This document shows, piece by piece, positions 62,449 to 64,000 of a stretch of 64,000 nucleotides of DNA. The position numbers were made by a program, and so were the translations under genes. Position 1 is the stretch's first letter. Each line of letters starts with the position of its first letter. The stretch is from an uncultured cyanobacterium (lineage in GTDB: Bacteria; Cyanobacteriota; Cyanobacteriia; Cyanobacteriales; CAWCAG01), in assembly GCA_963803805.1 (NCBI GenBank), contig CAWDOD010000002.1, positions 32,001 through 96,000 on the forward strand, given 5' to 3'. The notes under the pieces were generated by a model, which worked only from the letters and a program-made list of their open reading frames with translations, was not told the DNA's origin and did no database searches.

Positions 62449-64000
62449 ATGAGTAAAAGCCGAAAATTTTTTCAATGTAGTTTTTTATCTTTAAGTTTAA
62501 TTAGTTTTGTTTCCCCTTTAAAAGCAACTGCTTTTCCTGATAGTACAAACCATTGGGCTGCTGAATGTATTGAAGAGATGTCAGCAAGAAACTTAGTTAC
62601 AGGTTACCCTAATGGTAATTTTCGCCCCCAAGGAACTATTACTAGAACTGAGTTTGCAGTATTGATGTTGAATGCTTTTCCTGATGCCCCCATCCAAAGA
62701 GGTAAAACCACCTTCCGAGATGTACCAAGCAACTACTGGGGTTTCCAAGCAATTCAAGATGCCTACCAAAGGGCATTTTTTACTGGCTATCCTGGAGGGA
62801 TTTTTCAGCCCCATCAGCCTATTCCCAGAGTACAAGCAATTGCTGTGTTGGCTGATGCTATTGATTACCCGAAACCCAATAATGCCAATAGTATTCTGAA
62901 CCAATACTATCAAGATGCAGCCCAAATCCCTAACTATGCCCGCTCTGTTGTAGCTGCTGCATCAATTAATAATCTAGTAGTTAATTATCCCCAAGTTCGT
63001 AAACTCAATCCTAACCTTAGTGCAACCAGGGGAGAGGTTGCAGCTTTATTATGTCGCGGCTTACACATAGACACCCTGCCACCTCAATATATTGCTGGTA
63101 TTGTTACCCAGCCTCAACAAGTACGCCCTTTACCAGGAAAACTAAATAATGTTCCGGTTTTTAATAGTAATAGTCCTGAATTAGTACGTACAGAAGGCAT
63201 CCTCCTTTCCACCTTTCCTCCTACAAATAAAAGCTATCCTAATGCCCATCTTAACTATGCCTTTCAAGGACGTTTTGATATCTTTTCTCACCATATTGCT
63301 AGGGCAGAAACTGCTTCTCAAACCCATCCTTTATATCAAGGTATTCTTCTTTATAACCCCAGCAACCAACCTATTAGTGTAGAAGTTTTGCAAGCAGCAA
63401 GTTATTTAAGCAACCCTGATGCCCCTTTTATCACCTTACCTGACCTGGCAGACAACTCCAACGGTAATATATATTCTGGCCCAGGAGGTAGAGTTATGGG
63501 AGATATTTTACAAGGAGTGCGACAAGATAAATTTCCCCAACAAATTACCATCCCCCCGACAGAAAGTAGTATGCTATTAAACCAAGCAATTCCTGTTAAT
63601 CGCGCCCCAGCATCTAACGGACGTTCTACAATGATTCGCCTGCGTAGTAATGGGGCAGTTTATGTTGCTAACTTAGCGAAAAAAGCGCCTCGTAATAATA
63701 ATGGAACATACCGTCCTCCTACCTTGGCTGAGTGGCAAAAGATGGTCACAACGGCAGATTTAGCTGGGCCACGAGATAGTACCCCAACGCCCCTCAATCC
63801 CCCCAAACATCCTACGGTTTTTGGTCGAGTAGCGGGGGTATCCCAAGGTTCTCTATGGGAAGCAAGAATCACTGATGAAAATGAGAGTGACTTCTCTATT
63901 CCTACTCCAGGAAAGAGCATTTCCTATGTACTAGGAACAATCCATTTAATCACTTTAGGAACTGGGCAGATTCAAAGTGCGCCCATGCTTAAACGTTATG
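62449..64000 (+). CDS. secreted S-layer-homology (SLH) + DUF3370-like protein, runs off window end (not in ORF track)
   Basis: ATG 62449, signal peptide, SLH repeats (HWA..I, GYPNGNFRP..ITRTEFA; GYPGGIFQP; TRGEVAA), then VRPLPGKL..VPVFNSNSPE..GILLSTFP. Confidence 0.85.
   Translation, partial: MSKSRKFFQCSFLSLSLISFVSPLKATAFPDSTNHWAAECIEEMSARNLVTGYPNGNFRPQGTITRTEFAVLMLNAFPDAPIQRGKTTFRDVPSNYWGFQAIQDAYQRAFFTGYPGGIFQPHQPIPRVQAIAVLADAIDYPKPNNANSILNQYYQDAAQIPNYARSVVAAASINNLVVNYPQVRKLNPNLSATRGEVAALLCRGLHIDTLPPQYIAGIVTQPQQVRPLPGKLNNVPVFNSNSPELVRTEGILLSTFPPTNKSYPNAHLNYAFQGRFDIFSHHIARAETASQTHPLYQGILLYNPSNQPISVEVLQAASYLSNPDAPFITLPDLADNSNGNIYSGPGGRVMGDILQGVRQDKFPQQITIPPTESSMLLNQAIPVNRAPASNGRSTMIRLRSNGAVYVANLAKKAPRNNNGTYRPPTLAEWQKMVTTADLAGPRDSTPTPLNPPKHPTVFGRVAGVSQGSLWEARITDENESDFSIPTPGKSISYVLGTIHLITLGTGQIQSAPMLKRY

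Noticed and set aside
62593..63920. Short ORFs 62593-62925, 62672-62899 and 63660-63920
   Set aside because: They are shadow ORFs over the long SLH gene starting at 62449.
58600..64000. Apparent lack of HIP1 around the ATPase locus as a sign of horizontal transfer
   Set aside because: At about one site per 2 kb, gaps of this size also occur in core regions (e.g. 40.3-44.4 kb).

Overview
A 64-kb AT-rich cyanobacterial chromosome segment. Evidence for the lineage: frequent HIP1 octamers (GCGATCGC, at least 30 counted by eye) plus psaK, pipX/pipY, ado/aar and a phycobiliprotein lyase. Most of it is core or housekeeping DNA: trmH, sigF, a Co/Ni ECF transporter operon, fmt, holB, a phosphohexomutase, a porin, gshA, trmL, a LysM/M23 peptidase, tRNA-Met, menG, der, trpF, folE and the ado-aar-accA cluster. 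Accessory elements include an orphan 6-repeat CRISPR array (I-D-like repeat, intact leader, no cas genes in the window), an HTH-NACHT NTPase and an orphan MNT antitoxin. There is also a MITE-like element and a truncated but open ISAs1-type transposase ORF directly upstream of ado. A DndD-like coiled-coil ABC ATPase (CxC hook) is translationally coupled to an unannotated 58-aa ORF, with no other dnd genes present. Two genes (cbiM and a trpE/pabB-family gene) each carry a single +1 frameshift. I found no clear-cut complete novel system. The best candidates for follow-up are the small-ORF/CxC-ATPase locus and the possibly domesticated transposase next to the alkane genes. All family calls come from motif recognition, not database searches.
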